DNA of 64,000 nt from Okamejei kenojei (taxonomy: Eukaryota): NCBI GenBank assembly GCA_035221665.1, contig CM069131.1:162936001-163000000 (forward strand). Direction: 5' to 3'. Below, piece after piece: positions 1-12,778 of this stretch. A model generated the notes under the pieces. The model was not told where the DNA came from. It saw nothing but the letters and a program-made list of their open reading frames with translations, and made no database searches. Every line of letters begins with the position of its first letter. The stretch's first letter is position 1. The translations under genes and the position numbers were made by a program.

Positions 1-388
1 CGAGGGATGATCTTTTGAGGTGTACAAGGCCATGAGAGGAATAGATAGGATAAATGAACAGAGTCTTTTGCCCAGAATAGGGGAATTGAGAACCAGAGGA
101 CATCAGATTAAAGTGAGGGGGGAAAAATCAAATAGGAACCTGAAGGGCAACCTTTTACACAAATGGTGGTAGGTATATGGAACATGCTGCCAGATGGGGT
201 AGTTGAGGCAGGTACTATAACAACATTTAAGAAACATTTAGACAGGTACATGGATAGGATGGGTCTAGAGGGATATGGGCCAAATGCACACAGGTGGGGC
301 TAGTGTAGATGCGGCGTGTTGGTCAGCATGGTCAAGTTGGGCTGAAGTGTTTGTTGTCATGTTGTATGACGCTGTGGCTGTATGACTA
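1..388 (+). mobile_element. CR1 LINE 3' fragment (end of RT ORF2 plus 3' UTR), decayed
   Basis: Similar to the 3013-3577 copy (GAACCAGAGGACAT...GGGCAACCTTTTACAC...GACAGGTACATGGATAGG...TGTATGAC tail); frameshifted. Confidence 0.85.
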
Positions 389-2177
389 GATTACAAAGAC
401 AATTGTCAAATAGCTAGCTTTGAATTAATTACCACAATGCTTTGTGTTTGTGGTTTTGTTAAAGTCACATGAGGGGATAGTAATGACATTTACGTACACC
501 ACTTTTGAACAGTCTCTAGTGCAAGGTGGAAACATGTAAAATAAAGTCTTGCAAAACTATGTAATGAATAATTATCTTTTTGACATTCTCATGCAGTTTC
601 TTGTGCCCCCTTGTGGACTTTTAAAATTTGATGACAGGCTTACGTGGCATTTTCTACTTATTTCTTGTTTCATAGAATCCATAGTGCATGGAACTGGAAT
701 AATTGATCCACTATGGATGTGCTTCATGTATTCGCATTTTAATCCCTGGCCTGAATCACATGCTTAGCATCCCAATAGCTTTAGGAACATTTATTTATAG
801 ATTAAAACATAATAGTAGAAAAGTTTTTTTTTACACACTCAACTATTCAGCAAGACTTTATTTTGATACTTAACGAGAGTGTATCTTCAGGACTGGGATT
901 ATAACTCCAATGAGATTCCTATTGAAGTAGTTGTATATGGTTTTTAGGGTGATTATCCTTCTGTATTTTTTATGTCACATAATAAAAGCAAAATGTGTGT
1001 GATTTCTGTGGGGCTTCAATAGAAGTATTGTTGACTTCAGTGTTAGTGTGAGAGGAATTCTATATTGAATAATTTTTCAGTTGTTATTCCCTACAGTTAA
1101 CATGTCTAAATAAATCGTTAGTGAGGATTTAATAAAAATCAAAAGATAGAAATATGAATTGACATTTTTATGCATATAACAGGAAGAAGACAATTACCTT
1201 AATATTTGGGGTGGTTTTAAGCACAAGCTGACAATTTGTATTGCTAGCTTGTTATGATTATGCTGTAAAAAAAAGTGATTTGAATCAATATTATATAATT
1301 TTCTTATTCCAGCATATCGAATTTTGCCCACCGTTACCACAAAATGCGTCAGTCCTATAATTACTAGTGCATCACTCTAATTTTATGCAGCTCAAAATGC
1401 ACTCTTGAGATAAAACCCAAGTTTAGAAAGACAAAGTCTGTAATTATACTGCCGAGCATGTTTCACTGTTCATATTTATGTAGTACAACAACTGTACTCA
1501 TCCATTTTTATGGTGTTCTGAAATCTTTCAGAAAGTTTAAAATTATCAGCACTATAATTTACCATTAAACTCAACACAAATTGTAGCAGCAACTAAATAG
1601 TGGTTATTTAGTACCCCCAAATTAGCTGAAGTGTGAAATTCCAAGGTTAAAATCTCAACCAGAGCATTCTTGAAGCTCACTTCGAACTCACAAATGGATA
1701 GCGAGAAATAATGCCGATTAGATTTATAGAAAAATTATAGTGTGGAATGTAGTTCGGACTTAAACATTTAGCATTGTATTCTAGAAGTATTGTTGGCTTC
1801 AGATGGAGGAGTAGCTTTGGGATGTGGTGATCTTCTGGCAGTCAATTACGCTCAAACAGCAGGTTATGTTCTTTAACTTTACCACCTCTGTTCAATCATA
1901 GAAATAGAAGAGATACAAATGCAAATCAGGAGATTTTTTAAAATTAGCACTTTCTTATCCTTTCCAATCAGTCTTGGGGAAGCAAGGAGCATTTGACCAG
2001 TGTGCTATGGTTTTGTTGCATTCGTGCCTCATTGCAAGAAGTAAGGTTTTGGGTTCAGATAGTGACATGCAGCATGAAGGTCTGGATTTTGCAATTAACT
2101 GGTGCAGTTTGATTGACAAATTTTCCTGCAAAAACTTAAGTTATTGATTTCATATTGTTCTTTTATTTATTTATTCA

Positions 2178-2360
2178 ATCGAGATGTAGCCATCGCTAGT
2201 AATGCCGTCCTTTGTTATCTGTCTCTGGTAGCCCCAAAACAGAGGAGGGAAATAAGAATCAACTGTGTCTGTATCTGGAGTCACATGTAGGCCAGACTGG
2301 GTAAGGATGCCAGATTTCCTTCCCTAAAGGGCATTAGTGAACCAGATGGGTTTTGCGATT
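2178..2360 (-). mobile_element. Old elasmobranch SINE/L2-related repeat fragment
   Basis: Motif GTAGGCCAGACTGGGTAAGGATGCCAGATTTCCTTCCCTAAAGGGCATTAGTGAACCAGATGGG, recalled as a common shark/ray repeat; family not certain. Confidence 0.55.
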
Positions 2361-2863
2361 AATATGAGTAAGATGTAATACTGTGAAGATTTGCCTTTAA
2401 CTCTTGCACATTTAAAAGGACATGATTTCATGTTACTGCGAAGAGTCACTTTATTCAAATAAAAGCAACAGTGATTCTCCCATTTATCTTTCGGCATAGT
2501 TATCAATATCTTTCGGCATAGTTAGTGAAAACTACTGAATCTTTTTTTAGTCGATGGGGCCCAAATTTAATCTCAGCAATTTTAGCTCGGAGGTAGAATT
2601 AAAGTTAGACATCCACGAAAATTGTGGAATATTTGGTGGTGTCTCTGCATTTATTTGGGAGAGCGTGAAGTACAAAAGTGGTGTTAATATGCTTTCATTT
2701 TAAGATTATATATTAATTTCAGTTACGTTATTACTACCTTGAAATTAGAATGTGAATCGCCATGCTTTTTGCGTGCCAGGCAATCCAATTTGCAGAAGTA
2801 AAAAATGAGTAAAAGTTGTGAATTGCATGCGTTTTACAAAGCTTGTGACTTTGATTCAAAGTG

Positions 2864-3017
2864 TAGTTAGTTTAGTTTATTGTCACATGTACTGAGGTAC
2901 GTATTGTCAATTATACCAAAGTACAGTGAGGTATGTATTGTCACGTGTACCGGGGTACAATGAGGCGCATATTGTCAAGTGGACAGAGGTACAGTGAGAC
3001 ACATATTGTCACGTGGT
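2864..3017. repeat. Degenerate ~34-bp tandem array (TATTGTCACGTGTACCGAGGTACAGTGA-like) derived from a LINE 3' end
   Basis: Five TATTGTCA-initiated units after a (TAGTT)n tail; the same motif resumes at ~3877 as TGTACTGAGGTACAGTGAAAAGC. Confidence 0.75.
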
Positions 3018-3577
3018 GAGACCACATTTAGAGTATTGTGTTCCGTTCTGTGCACCATGTTATAGGAAAGATATTGTCAAGCTTGAAAGGGTTCAGAAAA
3101 TATTTATGAGGATGTTGCCAGGACTGGAGGGTGTGAGCTATAGGGAGAGGTTGAGTAGGCTGGGTCTCTATTCCATGGAGCGCAGGAGGATGAGGGAGAT
3201 CTATAGAGGTATACAAAATAATGAGAGGAATATATCGGGTATATGAACAGAGTCCTTTATCCAGAGTAGGGGAATCGAGGACTAGAGGACATAGGTTCAA
3301 GGTGAAGGGGAAAAGATTTAATAGGAATCCGAGGGGTAACTTTTTCACACAGAGGGTGGTGGGTGTATGGAACAAGCTGCCAGAGGAGGTAGTTGAGGCT
3401 GCGACTATCCCATTGTTTAAGAAACAGTTGGACAGGTACATGGATAGGACAGGTTTGGAGGGTTATGGACCAAGCGCAGGTAAGTGGGACTAGGGTAGCT
3501 GGGACATTGTTGGCCGGTGTGGGCGAGTTGGGCCGAAGGGCCTGTTTCCACCCTGTATCCCTCTATGAGTCTATGAC
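3013..3577 (+). mobile_element. CR1 LINE, 5'-truncated, RT C-terminus
   Basis: ORF track VRPHLEYCV...KLERVQ and RTRGH...NFFTQRVVGVWNKLPEEVV, canonical CR1 ORF2 C-terminal motifs; one frameshift; (TCTATGA)-type tail. Confidence 0.95.
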
Positions 3578-3876
3578 ATAGAAACATAGAAAATAGGTGC
3601 AGGAGTAGGCCATTCGGTCCATCAAGCCTGCACCGCCATTCAATATGATCTTGGCTGATCATCCAACTCAATATCCTGTACCTGCCTTCTCTCCATACCC
3701 CCTGATCCCTTTAGCCACAAGGGCCACATTTAACTCCCTCTTAAATATAGCCAACGAACTGGCCTCAACTACCTTCTGTGACAGAGAATTCCACAGATTC
3801 ACCCCACTCTCTGTGTGAAAAATGATTTTCTCATCTCGGTCCTAAAAGACTTTCCCCTTATCCTTAAACTGTGACC
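3577..3876 (-). mobile_element. CR1 LINE 3' fragment, (TTTCTATG)n-tail subfamily, tail-to-tail with the previous copy
   Basis: CATAGAAACATAGAAAATAGGTGCAGGAGTAGGCCATTCGG... is the reverse complement of the 3' UTR seen at ~26930-27026. Confidence 0.92.
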
Positions 3877-4246
3877 TGTACTGAGGTACAGTGAAAAGCT
3901 GATTTGTTGCTCCTGAATGCAGGAATTTAGCTAGGTGCCATTTCTAAGATTTGTACACACGTTGCAGTGGGCGACAAAGTTCACAGCCTACTTCTGTGTG
4001 ACTTAAAGGGGATTCCCATTGGCAACGTCAACCCCCTGATCACTTGGGCCCATCCATTAATCATACATTCAAACTGATCAGCCAGCTAAAAACTCTGCTG
4101 TACACATCCTAACCCAATCAGTTAACTTTCCACCACCCCATCACTGATGGGTGGCAACTGGCCCTTATTCAATCATAGTTTGTGTCTCCTCCTCCATGCC
4201 CGCTGGATTTTTGAAATTCTGCCAAATCACATTTTTTTAAATATTA

Positions 4247-4390
4247 AGAGCAGAAAATATTTGATATTCTCAACAGGCCGGGCAGCATCTGTGGAAAGAG
4301 AAATGGAGTTTACGTTTCAAATCAAAGAATCTTCAGACCTTCATGGATGCTGTCTGACCTGCTAACGGTTTCTAGCATTTGCAGTTTTGT
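4247..4390. mobile_element. Old, diverged Penelope-derived inverted-repeat element
   Basis: GGCAGCATCTGTGGAAAGAGAAA...ACGTTTC...CTTCAGA then GATGCTGTCTGACCTGCT, matching younger copies. Confidence 0.6.
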
Positions 4391-5396
4391 TTATTTTCAT
4401 TCAGGTTTTTTCTAAATTGCCATTTGACATTTTTCAGCTTGGCTATGTGAGCTTATCAATTTTTTTTGTAAACAATTTCTTTAAAACCTCTACAAATCCC
4501 TTTTTCAGAATATTCCAATTTGATAAATACTATATAGCTATAATTATAAATTTACGTGAATCACTGTAAGAACTTTCATATATTTTATGTATTGCTGTGC
4601 AGCAGAATAAGCTTATTCTTAAAAATAAAAGCCACTCCCATTGAACATTCTTTCAACCAAACGAAATCAATTTGGGAGGCCATAAATCCAGAGATTTTTT
4701 TTCCAAAGCGTTCAACATGTTATTGAACATAAGACCAGGATAAATATGTTTATTTTTCTTTGGACCAGCTGAAAAATTGAGCCAGCTAGCTCACAATGCA
4801 TAGAATTGTATGCTACATGGTATTAGTTGACTTGTTTGCTTTACTCATCATTTTTTACTTTGGAGTTTTTAGTAGCTACGATCGGGCCAACCATAAATTT
4901 ATCAGTTTGAAAAAGTTTAACAAGCTAATAATCCAAGGTCCCCTCAAATCCTGATTAGATTATATTACATCTATTCCACATTTTGCTTTCCATCACAAAT
5001 GGCTGGCATGGTTACAATGGACTGAATATCTATCTTCTGTGGTTACTAAAATAATGAAGCAAGCCTTGTTGCCATCAATTCTTAGAATTCTTTAGTGCAG
5101 AAGGAAGCAATTACTTCCACTGCAGCAGTGCTGGCTCGCAGAGAGAGCTATCTGGTCGGTCTCATTCACCTGCATATCATTTAAATAAATTCCACTTCCC
5201 TTGTAAAAGCTGTAGGGTTTCTGGTTTCACTGCTGTTTCGGGTTAGGTACTCAGTGCCTTGTTAGCTGATGCCTACAATTCTATTTTTGGATTTAAAATT
5301 AACCTTTCCCCTCATTCCCTAGACATTAATTCTCAACCCAGTTGAAGCAACTTACCTTGAATTTCCTTGTCAAGATCCATCAAAATTTTGGAACAT

Positions 5397-5598
5397 AGGC
5401 ACAAAAAGCTGGAGTGACTCAACGGGACAGGCAGCATATCTGGAGAGAAGGAATGGATGACATTTCGGGTCGACACCCTTCTTTGACCCGAAGCCTCCCC
5501 CATTCCTTTTCTCCAGAGATGCTGCCTGTCCCACTGAGTTACCCCAGCATATTGTGTCCATCTTCAGTTTAAGCCAGCATCTGCAGTTCCTTCCTACA
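5397..5598. mobile_element. Penelope-derived inverted-repeat element with TSD
   Basis: Arms GCTGGAGTGACTCAACGGGACAGGCAGCAT / ATGCTGCCTGTCCCACTGAGTTACCCCAGC; flanked by CAAAA(T/C)TTTGGAACAT at 5381-5396 and 5599-5614. Confidence 0.85.
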
Positions 5599-6752
5599 CA
5601 AAACTTTGGAACATCTCTGTATTAAATCTTCTAAATATTTCTGTTCCATTGAAAAGAGCTCAAATCTCATTGGTTTCTTGACCCAATTAAAACTGCTTTA
5701 GACAGTATGGCAAAGGGATATGGGCCAATGGGCAAATGGACCTCAGGTAAGCAACTTGGTTGGCAAGGATGAATAAGGCCAAAGGGCATATTTCCATGCT
5801 GTAGAACTAGACTTGCAGATTATGAATCCCTTCTGCATCTTCTTTGTGGTTCATAGCATCTACCACACTTGAGAAATTTGATCTTAAAATGTGGAACATT
5901 TCATTGCATGAATTGGACCAGTGCAATAAGTAGGATGACATATTTTACAGGAGCAATTAAACAAACAATGTAAAAGCAGCATGATGGGAACACGTGGGTT
6001 CTCACCATATTCATTCTCCAATTAATATTACTAAAATAGATTATCTTGTTTTTTGTTTATGCAGTTTGGCTACCACCAAATTGTATCCTCATAATGCAAT
6101 TTAGATTTAAGTATTCAGGGGCATGATATCTAAGTTAATAAGTGGCACAAGTATAGCAAGCATATTTAGTTTCCCACATTACAGACTGTTGCTTTTGTGA
6201 AGTGCTCTGGGAAATCTCAGGGCCTTGAAGCATACAACATCAGTGCATTTGTGTCCTTTAAAGAAGGGTGCCATAAAGTAGATGCCATTTTCTAATTGCA
6301 TTTGAACCAAAAAGATCTATTTATATTTATCCTTAATTATTTTAATAAGAAACTCTAAGACCTTATATTTTTACCACATTTTTAATAACATTTGTATCTC
6401 AACTTGCTATATCTATATTATTCAAATGTGTTACCATTTATTATTCCTATTATCGTGCTTCCTGGGCGTTAATTCTTATCTGATATTGGTTTGCCTGATC
6501 TTACAATTTAAATAAATCCACCTAAAACCGTTTAGTTTCCGCATCACAATCAAGCATCTATCCTATTCTTCGGTAATGTACTATCTTGGATTTTATGCAA
6601 TCTTGTTTTGGGTATGATGGACATGGGAAAATAATAGGTAACATCACCGTTTATATGCCCCTCTGTCAGAAAACAGTCATTAATGAGTGTGATCACTTTT
6701 TTCTAGTAAAGCATTTCACAGTAAAGCCACAACATTAACTTTAACACCAAGC

Positions 6753-6841
6753 AGCGTCATTCTATCAGAAAAACCTTCTATTCATACATCAAAGGTCATT
6801 CACCAAGATATGAATAGAAGGTTTGCTGATAGAATGACGCT
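6753..6841. repeat. Near-perfect 89-nt hairpin (inverted repeat)
   Basis: AGCGTCATTCTATCAG-aa-AAACCTTCTATTCATA / 22-nt loop / TATGAATAGAAGGTTT-g-CTGATAGAATGACGCT; 16+16 bp paired. Confidence 0.9.
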
Positions 6842-7936
6842 ATGCATCTATCTCATTGGTCTACGTCATTATATTCTCAAAAAACTTGAAGTGACTTGAT
6901 TTTAACAAATCTGTGCTTGATGTCTTAAGCCATGGCTTTAAAAATGCATATTATTCCACAATGTAGTTTCTAAAATGTAGTGTGCCTCACATCAGTTGTA
7001 CACAGGTCTTTAGTTGCCTGATTTTAAACTTAAACAGGGGCTTTTTAAAATGCATCTTATATTTTGTATGAGGATATAAAAAGTGCAGTTCCTTAAATTT
7101 AACTCGACCTGGCTGGAACAGTATGCACTTTGGATTGCCTATGTATGTGAAAAAATATCATTCTTGGGAGGATTCTAATTTTGGATGCTCAATGACAACA
7201 TCTAAGCATTTTGTTAAATCTCAGAAACACACCCCGTAGCATTATGCAGTTTGGACCAGAATGTGGGAGATTTTGTTCTGTGGTTCCCAGATTTCAATTG
7301 AAGCTGACCAGTTATTCTTCATTGACATTCTTGAACAGAAAAAATGAGAGATCATCAGATTAATCTGGATAGAGTTAGAACTTGGATAAACAACCCAGTG
7401 AAAAATCTGTTTATGTGACACAAGGTGGTGGATCTGCAGCTATTAGAAACATTTAAATCCAGAGGGCATAGTTCTTGAAGACAGTCATTAGGGGAAATTA
7501 TCACTCTTCTCATTCAGCGTGACAGGAGATGGAAGCCTTGTCATATGCAGTCACATTTTGTCGCACTTATAAATTCCTTGGTACCAGAAACCAGTTTTAA
7601 CAGCTTCCTCAAATAAACCGCTACAATGGAAATGGAAGGTATGATAAAATAAGCTGTTTGATAGTACTTTGTGAGAGTTTATCTAAAATGGTTCTGCGCT
7701 ATATACCATGCATGATGCCTTGATTAAGGTGCCTAATCATTGATACTTGGCGTCATAACTCAGCACAAACAGGAGGAAAGTAATTCATTTTTTCATCAAT
7801 CTAGAGGATTATTTTTTTACTAAATTTGGTCTCCTCACTTGGAAGCTACAGCAACCCCTCCAGACTGCAGATACACATTTCCTAGCAAATTGATTCAGAA
7901 GAGCATTGGTATGTTTTGGCAACATGTTGGCAACAT

Positions 7937-8202
7937 TAGAACGGAGACGAGGAAACACTTTTTCTCGCAGAGAGTGGTGAGTCTGTGGGATTCTCTGCCT
8001 CAGAGGGCGGTAGAGGCAGGTTCTCAGGATGCTTTCAAGAGAGAGTTAGATAGGGCTCTTAAAAATAGCAGAGTCAGGGGATATAGGGAGAAGGCAGGAA
8101 CGGGGTACTGATTGGGGATGATCAGCCATGGTCACATTGAATGGCGTTGCTGGCTCGAAGGGCCGAATGGCCTACTCCTGCACCTATTGTCTATTGTCTA
8201 TT
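7937..8202 (+). mobile_element. CR1 LINE 3' fragment, (CTATTGT)n-tail subfamily
   Basis: ORF track RTETRKHFFSQRVVSLWDSLPQRAVEAGS; CTATTGT tandem tail. Confidence 0.92.
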
Positions 8203-8974
8203 GTTGGCATATATTATGAGGAGCGTATGCATTAAAATTACTGATTTGAAATGTGAATTGGCCTCTTAGATTCACGTCAATAATCTGCAGTGGACGTGCA
8301 ATTTATCTATTTGAATGCCCAAGTAATGCCACATATCTGCATAATAACTAATTTCATAACATTTTCTAATATTGGTCCACATTGAATGGGTCATCCTTCC
8401 TAACCTTGAACACCATGTTGTACGGACAGTGCTAGGAAAGATAATTACACTGAGCACCCGACAGCACAAATCTAAAATACCCATAAGCATCTTCTTCCAT
8501 GCTGACTCTTGGGGTGATTGAGTGGATATTCAGAAAGATTTTAGCTTATTATACTTACAAGAACTTGACTAAATCGTTTGTTGTTACCTTTCCTTGTGAA
8601 TAATAGTTGATCTCTTTCGCTAGTCGCACCAGTGTGGACTGTATATGGGATGAAAAAAAACTGATTGTTTTATCCATTACTATTAAAGAAAGAGCAAATC
8701 TTTGGTATAGATGTTCAGGGGATATTATGTCCTTCTCACTCTTTGTTGATGAATATTGTGATACCATGGAGATATATTTGGCAGTCTGACCTTAAGGAAC
8801 GGAGTGGGCTTTGCATCTCCTGCTTTTTAGGTAAATCTCATGGAGTGAGAGATATCTAGATCTAGGTAGGAATGCTGAGGTAGGACAGTAAGGTGATAGT
8901 TTTGTTAGACTAGATATGCAGGTCAATGGACAAATAATCCAGCAATTCTTTGCTCAATTTCCATAATAGCAGTG

Positions 8975-9098
8975 ATACAGTGTGGAAACAGGCCCTTCGG
9001 CCGAACTTGCCCACACCGGCCAACATGCCCCAGCTACACTAGTCCCACCTTCCTGTGCTTGGTCCAGATCCTTCCCAACCTGTCCAATCCATGTACCA
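8975..9098 (-). mobile_element. CR1 3' UTR fragment
   Basis: Reverse complement of the 3430-3560 UTR (GGAAACAGGCCCTTCGGCC...CTAGTCCCACC...ATCCATGTACC). Confidence 0.85.
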
Positions 9099-9160
9099 GT
9101 TGAAGTATTTCAAGTCAACTTTGGGTTTTGTAAACCATGTTTTTGTTGTGATTTCTTTTA

Positions 9161-9396
9161 CATAGAAATTAGGTGCAGGAGTAGGCCATTCAGCCCTTCG
9201 AGCCTGCACCGCCATTCAATATGATCATGGCTGATCATCCAACTCAGTATCCCGTACCTGCCTTCTCTCCATACCCTCTGATCCCCTTAGCCACAAGGGC
9301 CACATCCAACTCACTCTTAAATATAGCCAATGAACTGGCCTCAACTACCCTCTGTGGCAGAGAGTTCCAGAGACTCACCACTCTCTGTGTGAAAAA
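9161..9396 (-). mobile_element. Young CR1 3' fragment
   Basis: 9161-9393 reads identical to 53441-53673. Confidence 0.93.
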
Positions 9397-9779
9397 ATTG
9401 TAAATTGTACATTTTCTTCAACCTTCTATCCAATAGCAGGGAAGGTGTGCAGGTAGAACATTTTTTTGAAACAACTTATTTCTCTCTGCATGCCATTGAA
9501 TATATCTGTACACCTAAAAAATCCAACAGTATTTCAATTGAACACTGTTCTGATGACTAAATATGCCCTTAATTATGTTTACAAAAGTGGGAGTATCTGT
9601 GGCTATTTGCCCTTGTAATCTTTTTTTTAATATAATAACAGCACATTGTTTGCCATATTGTCAAGTGTTGAATCAACTGTGCGTCTAGGATCAGAAAACT
9701 AAAACGAATATAAAGCCAGGAATGGAAGACAGGCTTGGTGAGAGTTGTTTGGGAAACGGTTGATATTGCAGCAAAACAT

Positions 9780-10051
9780 GGGCAGCACAGTGGTGCAGCG
9801 GTAGAGTTGCTGCCTTACAGTGACCCGGGTTCGATCCTGACTACGGGTGCTGTCTGTACGGAGTTGGTATGTTTTCCCTATGGGTTTTCTCCAGGTGCTC
9901 CTGTTTCCTCCCACATCGAAAAGGTGTGCAGGATTGTAGGTTAATTGGCTTCTGTAAATTGTTCCTAGTATGTTGGATAGAACTAGTGTTTCGGTGATTG
10001 TTGGTTGACCGAAGTATCTGTTTCCACGCTGTATCTCTGAAACGAAACTAA
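9780..10051 (+). mobile_element. tRNA-derived V-SINE (HE1-like)
   Basis: A box TGGTGCAGCGG, B box GGTTCGATCC, V-domain GGGTTTTCTCCAGGTGCTCC...TTTCCTCCCACA, CR1-like 3' end CTGTTTCCACGCTGTATCTCT plus AAACT-type tail. Confidence 0.9.
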
Positions 10052-10584
10052 GCTGGGGAACCTTAACCTTTATCTTGGATATAATTGAGCTGATGTACTC
10101 CCATGTAATGGACAAAAACAAAAATAATGGTGCACTCGGCAAACCAGACTGCATCTCCGGAGTGGAAAACAGCTTGATGACTGTCACCAGAATGCTGCTG
10201 TCCTGTGTGATCTGTGATCACAGATTTTCCAATATACATTCAGACAGAACATTGGTATGTCTGAGAAAATCCTTTAGTTCTAGCCTTTCTGAGTGTCTTA
10301 ATTTGGAAAACATTCAAAGATGCTTCTATTTCTGAACAAGAATTAGCCAATGGCGATCTGTACTGTTTTTGCATTAATGGTGTTTGAGAAATTGCTGACA
10401 TGTGGTTTTAAAAATTGTTTGAAGCTTTAATTTTATTAATATAAATTAATTAAATGTGAGCTGTAGGTTTTTTTTTCAACTGCTGATTATCAATTTATAA
10501 ATATGGCATACAAATAAACCTATTAAGTGGTTACTGGTATTGACATTTTCTTAAGCAGGAAAGATTTTGTTAAGCTGGAAAGGA

Positions 10585-11048
10585 TGCAGGTGATCTTATA
10601 GAGGTGTATAAGATAGTGACGATAGACACAAAATGCTGGAGTAACTCAGCAGGACAGGCAGCATCTTTGGAGAGAAGGAACGGGTAATGTTTTGGGTCGA
10701 GACCCTTAAGATAGTGAGAGGAATAGGGAGGGTAAATGCACAGTCTTTTACCCAGAGTAGGAGAATCAAGAACAAGAGGATAGAGATTTAAGGTTAGAGG
10801 GCACAGATTGGTACCTGAGGGCATTTTTTCTCACACAGAAGGTGGTGGGTATATGCAATGAGCTACTGGAGGAGGTAGTTAAGGTAAGCACTATCACGAT
10901 ATTTAAGAAACTTGGACAGGTACAGGTGGAATTGATTTAGAGGAACATGGGCCAAACATAGCCAGATGGGACGAGTGTAGGTGTGGCATGTTGGCCGGCA
11001 TGGGCAAGTTGGACAGAAGGCCCTGTTTCCACGTTGTATGGCTATGGT
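10585..11048 (+). mobile_element. CR1 3' fragment interrupted by a Penelope-derived insert
   Basis: GGTGATCTTATAGAGGTGTATAAGAT...TTTTTCTCACACAGAAGGTGGTGGG...GGCCCTGTTTCCACGTTGTATG. Confidence 0.88.
10620..10706 (-). mobile_element. Penelope-derived single-arm insert with 11-bp TSD
   Basis: TAAGATAGTGA at 10609-10619 and 10707-10717. Confidence 0.85.
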
Positions 11049-11699
11049 TCTAAGCGCCCTGACCTGAAACACCTGCACAGATGCTACCTGACCCACTGAT
11101 TCCTCCGGCACTTTGTTGTTTGCTCCTTCTTTGCAATATTAGTCCAACTCTTACATAACTCCTGTATTAAATGTTACAAACAAGAATGTTATTTCCTTCC
11201 ATGGGCAAAGTTCATCTTATATCACGTGCATTCTAAATATCTTCATGATATTTATTACAAGATTACAGAGTGATATCTAAAGGGGTACACAAGACATGGA
11301 AAGTTTATAATCCAATTAGAATCAAACTTTGATTTATTTTAAATGATCAGAAGCTAATCTATTAATGCTTTTGTTAGAATAGCATCCATGTGGAAACTTT
11401 GATCGTATAATTTCTGTAAATTATCTTTTTTGCATCAATTGTGATGTATGAACCCCAAGCTGTAGATTTATTTTGTAGTGTTCTTTAACAAGATATGGGG
11501 ATTTCTAGCAAAGTTAATAATTCCTCATTGCCCTTGAGCATGGTTATGAGGCACAATCTTGAGTTTCTTGAGTTTACCTGGTGACAGCACTCCCTAGGGC
11601 CCACAATTTTATTGTATTAAATATTGATTTTGGCATTTGCTGCACCTGTTTGCCTGAGGATAGGTTTTCAGGATGGAATCCCTTTTCAGATGCTCCTTT

Positions 11700-11880
11700 T
11701 TGCTCCTACCATCAGGAAGAAGGCACAGGTGCCTGAAAACCATGACCACTAGATTCAATAATAGGTTCTTCCCAACAACCATCAGGCTCTTGAACACCAC
11801 ACAACATTAACCTCAGCTATTATGAACTTCCATGGACTGTGTCTTTGGATGCACACGGACTTTGATTTTGCACTGTTATT
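11700..11880 (+). mobile_element. Rex1/Babar-type LINE 3' fragment
   Basis: 11700-11810 translates LLLPSGRRHRCLKTMTTRFNNRFFPTTIRLLNTTQH*, the LPSGRR...FFP..IRLLN C-terminal motif of this clade. Confidence 0.8.
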
Positions 11881-12059
11881 AAGGTTATTGATATCATGAT
11901 CTAGTATTAAGGTTATTGATATCATGATCAACAGCACTTCGGCAGCTGAAAACTAGTAACACTTCACACAGGACATCCAGGCTACACTTTGCACACAATG
12001 CCCAGTGGCTGATCCCACTAGCCCATTTAGTTCAGTTCTGCTCTCTTTTTAAGCCAAAC

Positions 12060-12260
12060 AAAGTTCTGGGTCAGCCAGCAATTGTGGAGGGAATGAGCAA
12101 ATGGCCTTTCAGTTTGGGGCCCTTCTTCAGTCTGAAGAAAGGTCTCAGCCCAATACATCATCTGTCCATTCCGCCACAGGTGCCACCTGACCTGTTGAGT
12201 TCCTTCAGTACCTTATGTTGTGCTTAAGGTTCCAGGATCTTTAGTTCCGTGTGTGTCTGT
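12060..12260. mobile_element. Older Penelope-derived palindromic element
   Basis: Central CCCTTCTTCAGTCTGAAGAAAGG palindrome with diverged arms. Confidence 0.7.
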
Positions 12261-12355
12261 TTTCTTAAGTCATAATTCCCATTTGCCTCAATTGAATTTA
12301 GTTATCACTTATCACCAATGGCGCATTGATGATAATGTTAAATTTGAAGAATATA

Positions 12356-12690
12356 AATAGAAACATAGAAACATAGAAAATAGGTGCAGGAGGCGGCCAT
12401 TTGGCCCTTTGAGCCAGCACCGCCATTCATTGTGATCATGGCTGATCGTCCCCAATCAATAACCCGTGCCTGCCTTCTCCCCATATCCCTTGATTCCACT
12501 AACCCCTAGAGCTCTATCTAACTCTCTCTTAAATCCATCCAGAGATTTGGCCTCCACTGCCCTCTGTGGCAGGGAATTCCACAAATTCCACAAACTCTCT
12601 GGGTGAAAAAGTGTTTTCTCATCTCAGTCTTAAATTGCCTCCCCTTTAAGACTGTGGCCGCTGGTTCTGGACTCGCCCAACATTGGGAAC
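12356..12690 (-). mobile_element. CR1 3' fragment
   Basis: (ATAGAAAC)n tail, UTR, and CCTCTGTGGCAGGGAATTCCAC (reverse complement of WNSLPQR). Confidence 0.92.
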
Positions 12691-12778
12691 TAAATCTATT
12701 AGTACCAACAGCTAAGATATATCAACATTAACTACAACGTGGATTTAAAATTTGATTGGAATCTGGGAGGCTCATAGT

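Noticed and set aside
9780-9850. tRNA-like A and B boxes (also 32573, 35260-35326, 53690-53748)
   Set aside because: SINE heads continuing into V-domain and LINE-like tails; no full cloverleaf
11877-11929. 25-bp tandem duplication (similar short ones at 2485-2524 and ~49803-49830)
   Set aside because: Ordinary local slippage duplications with no sign of function
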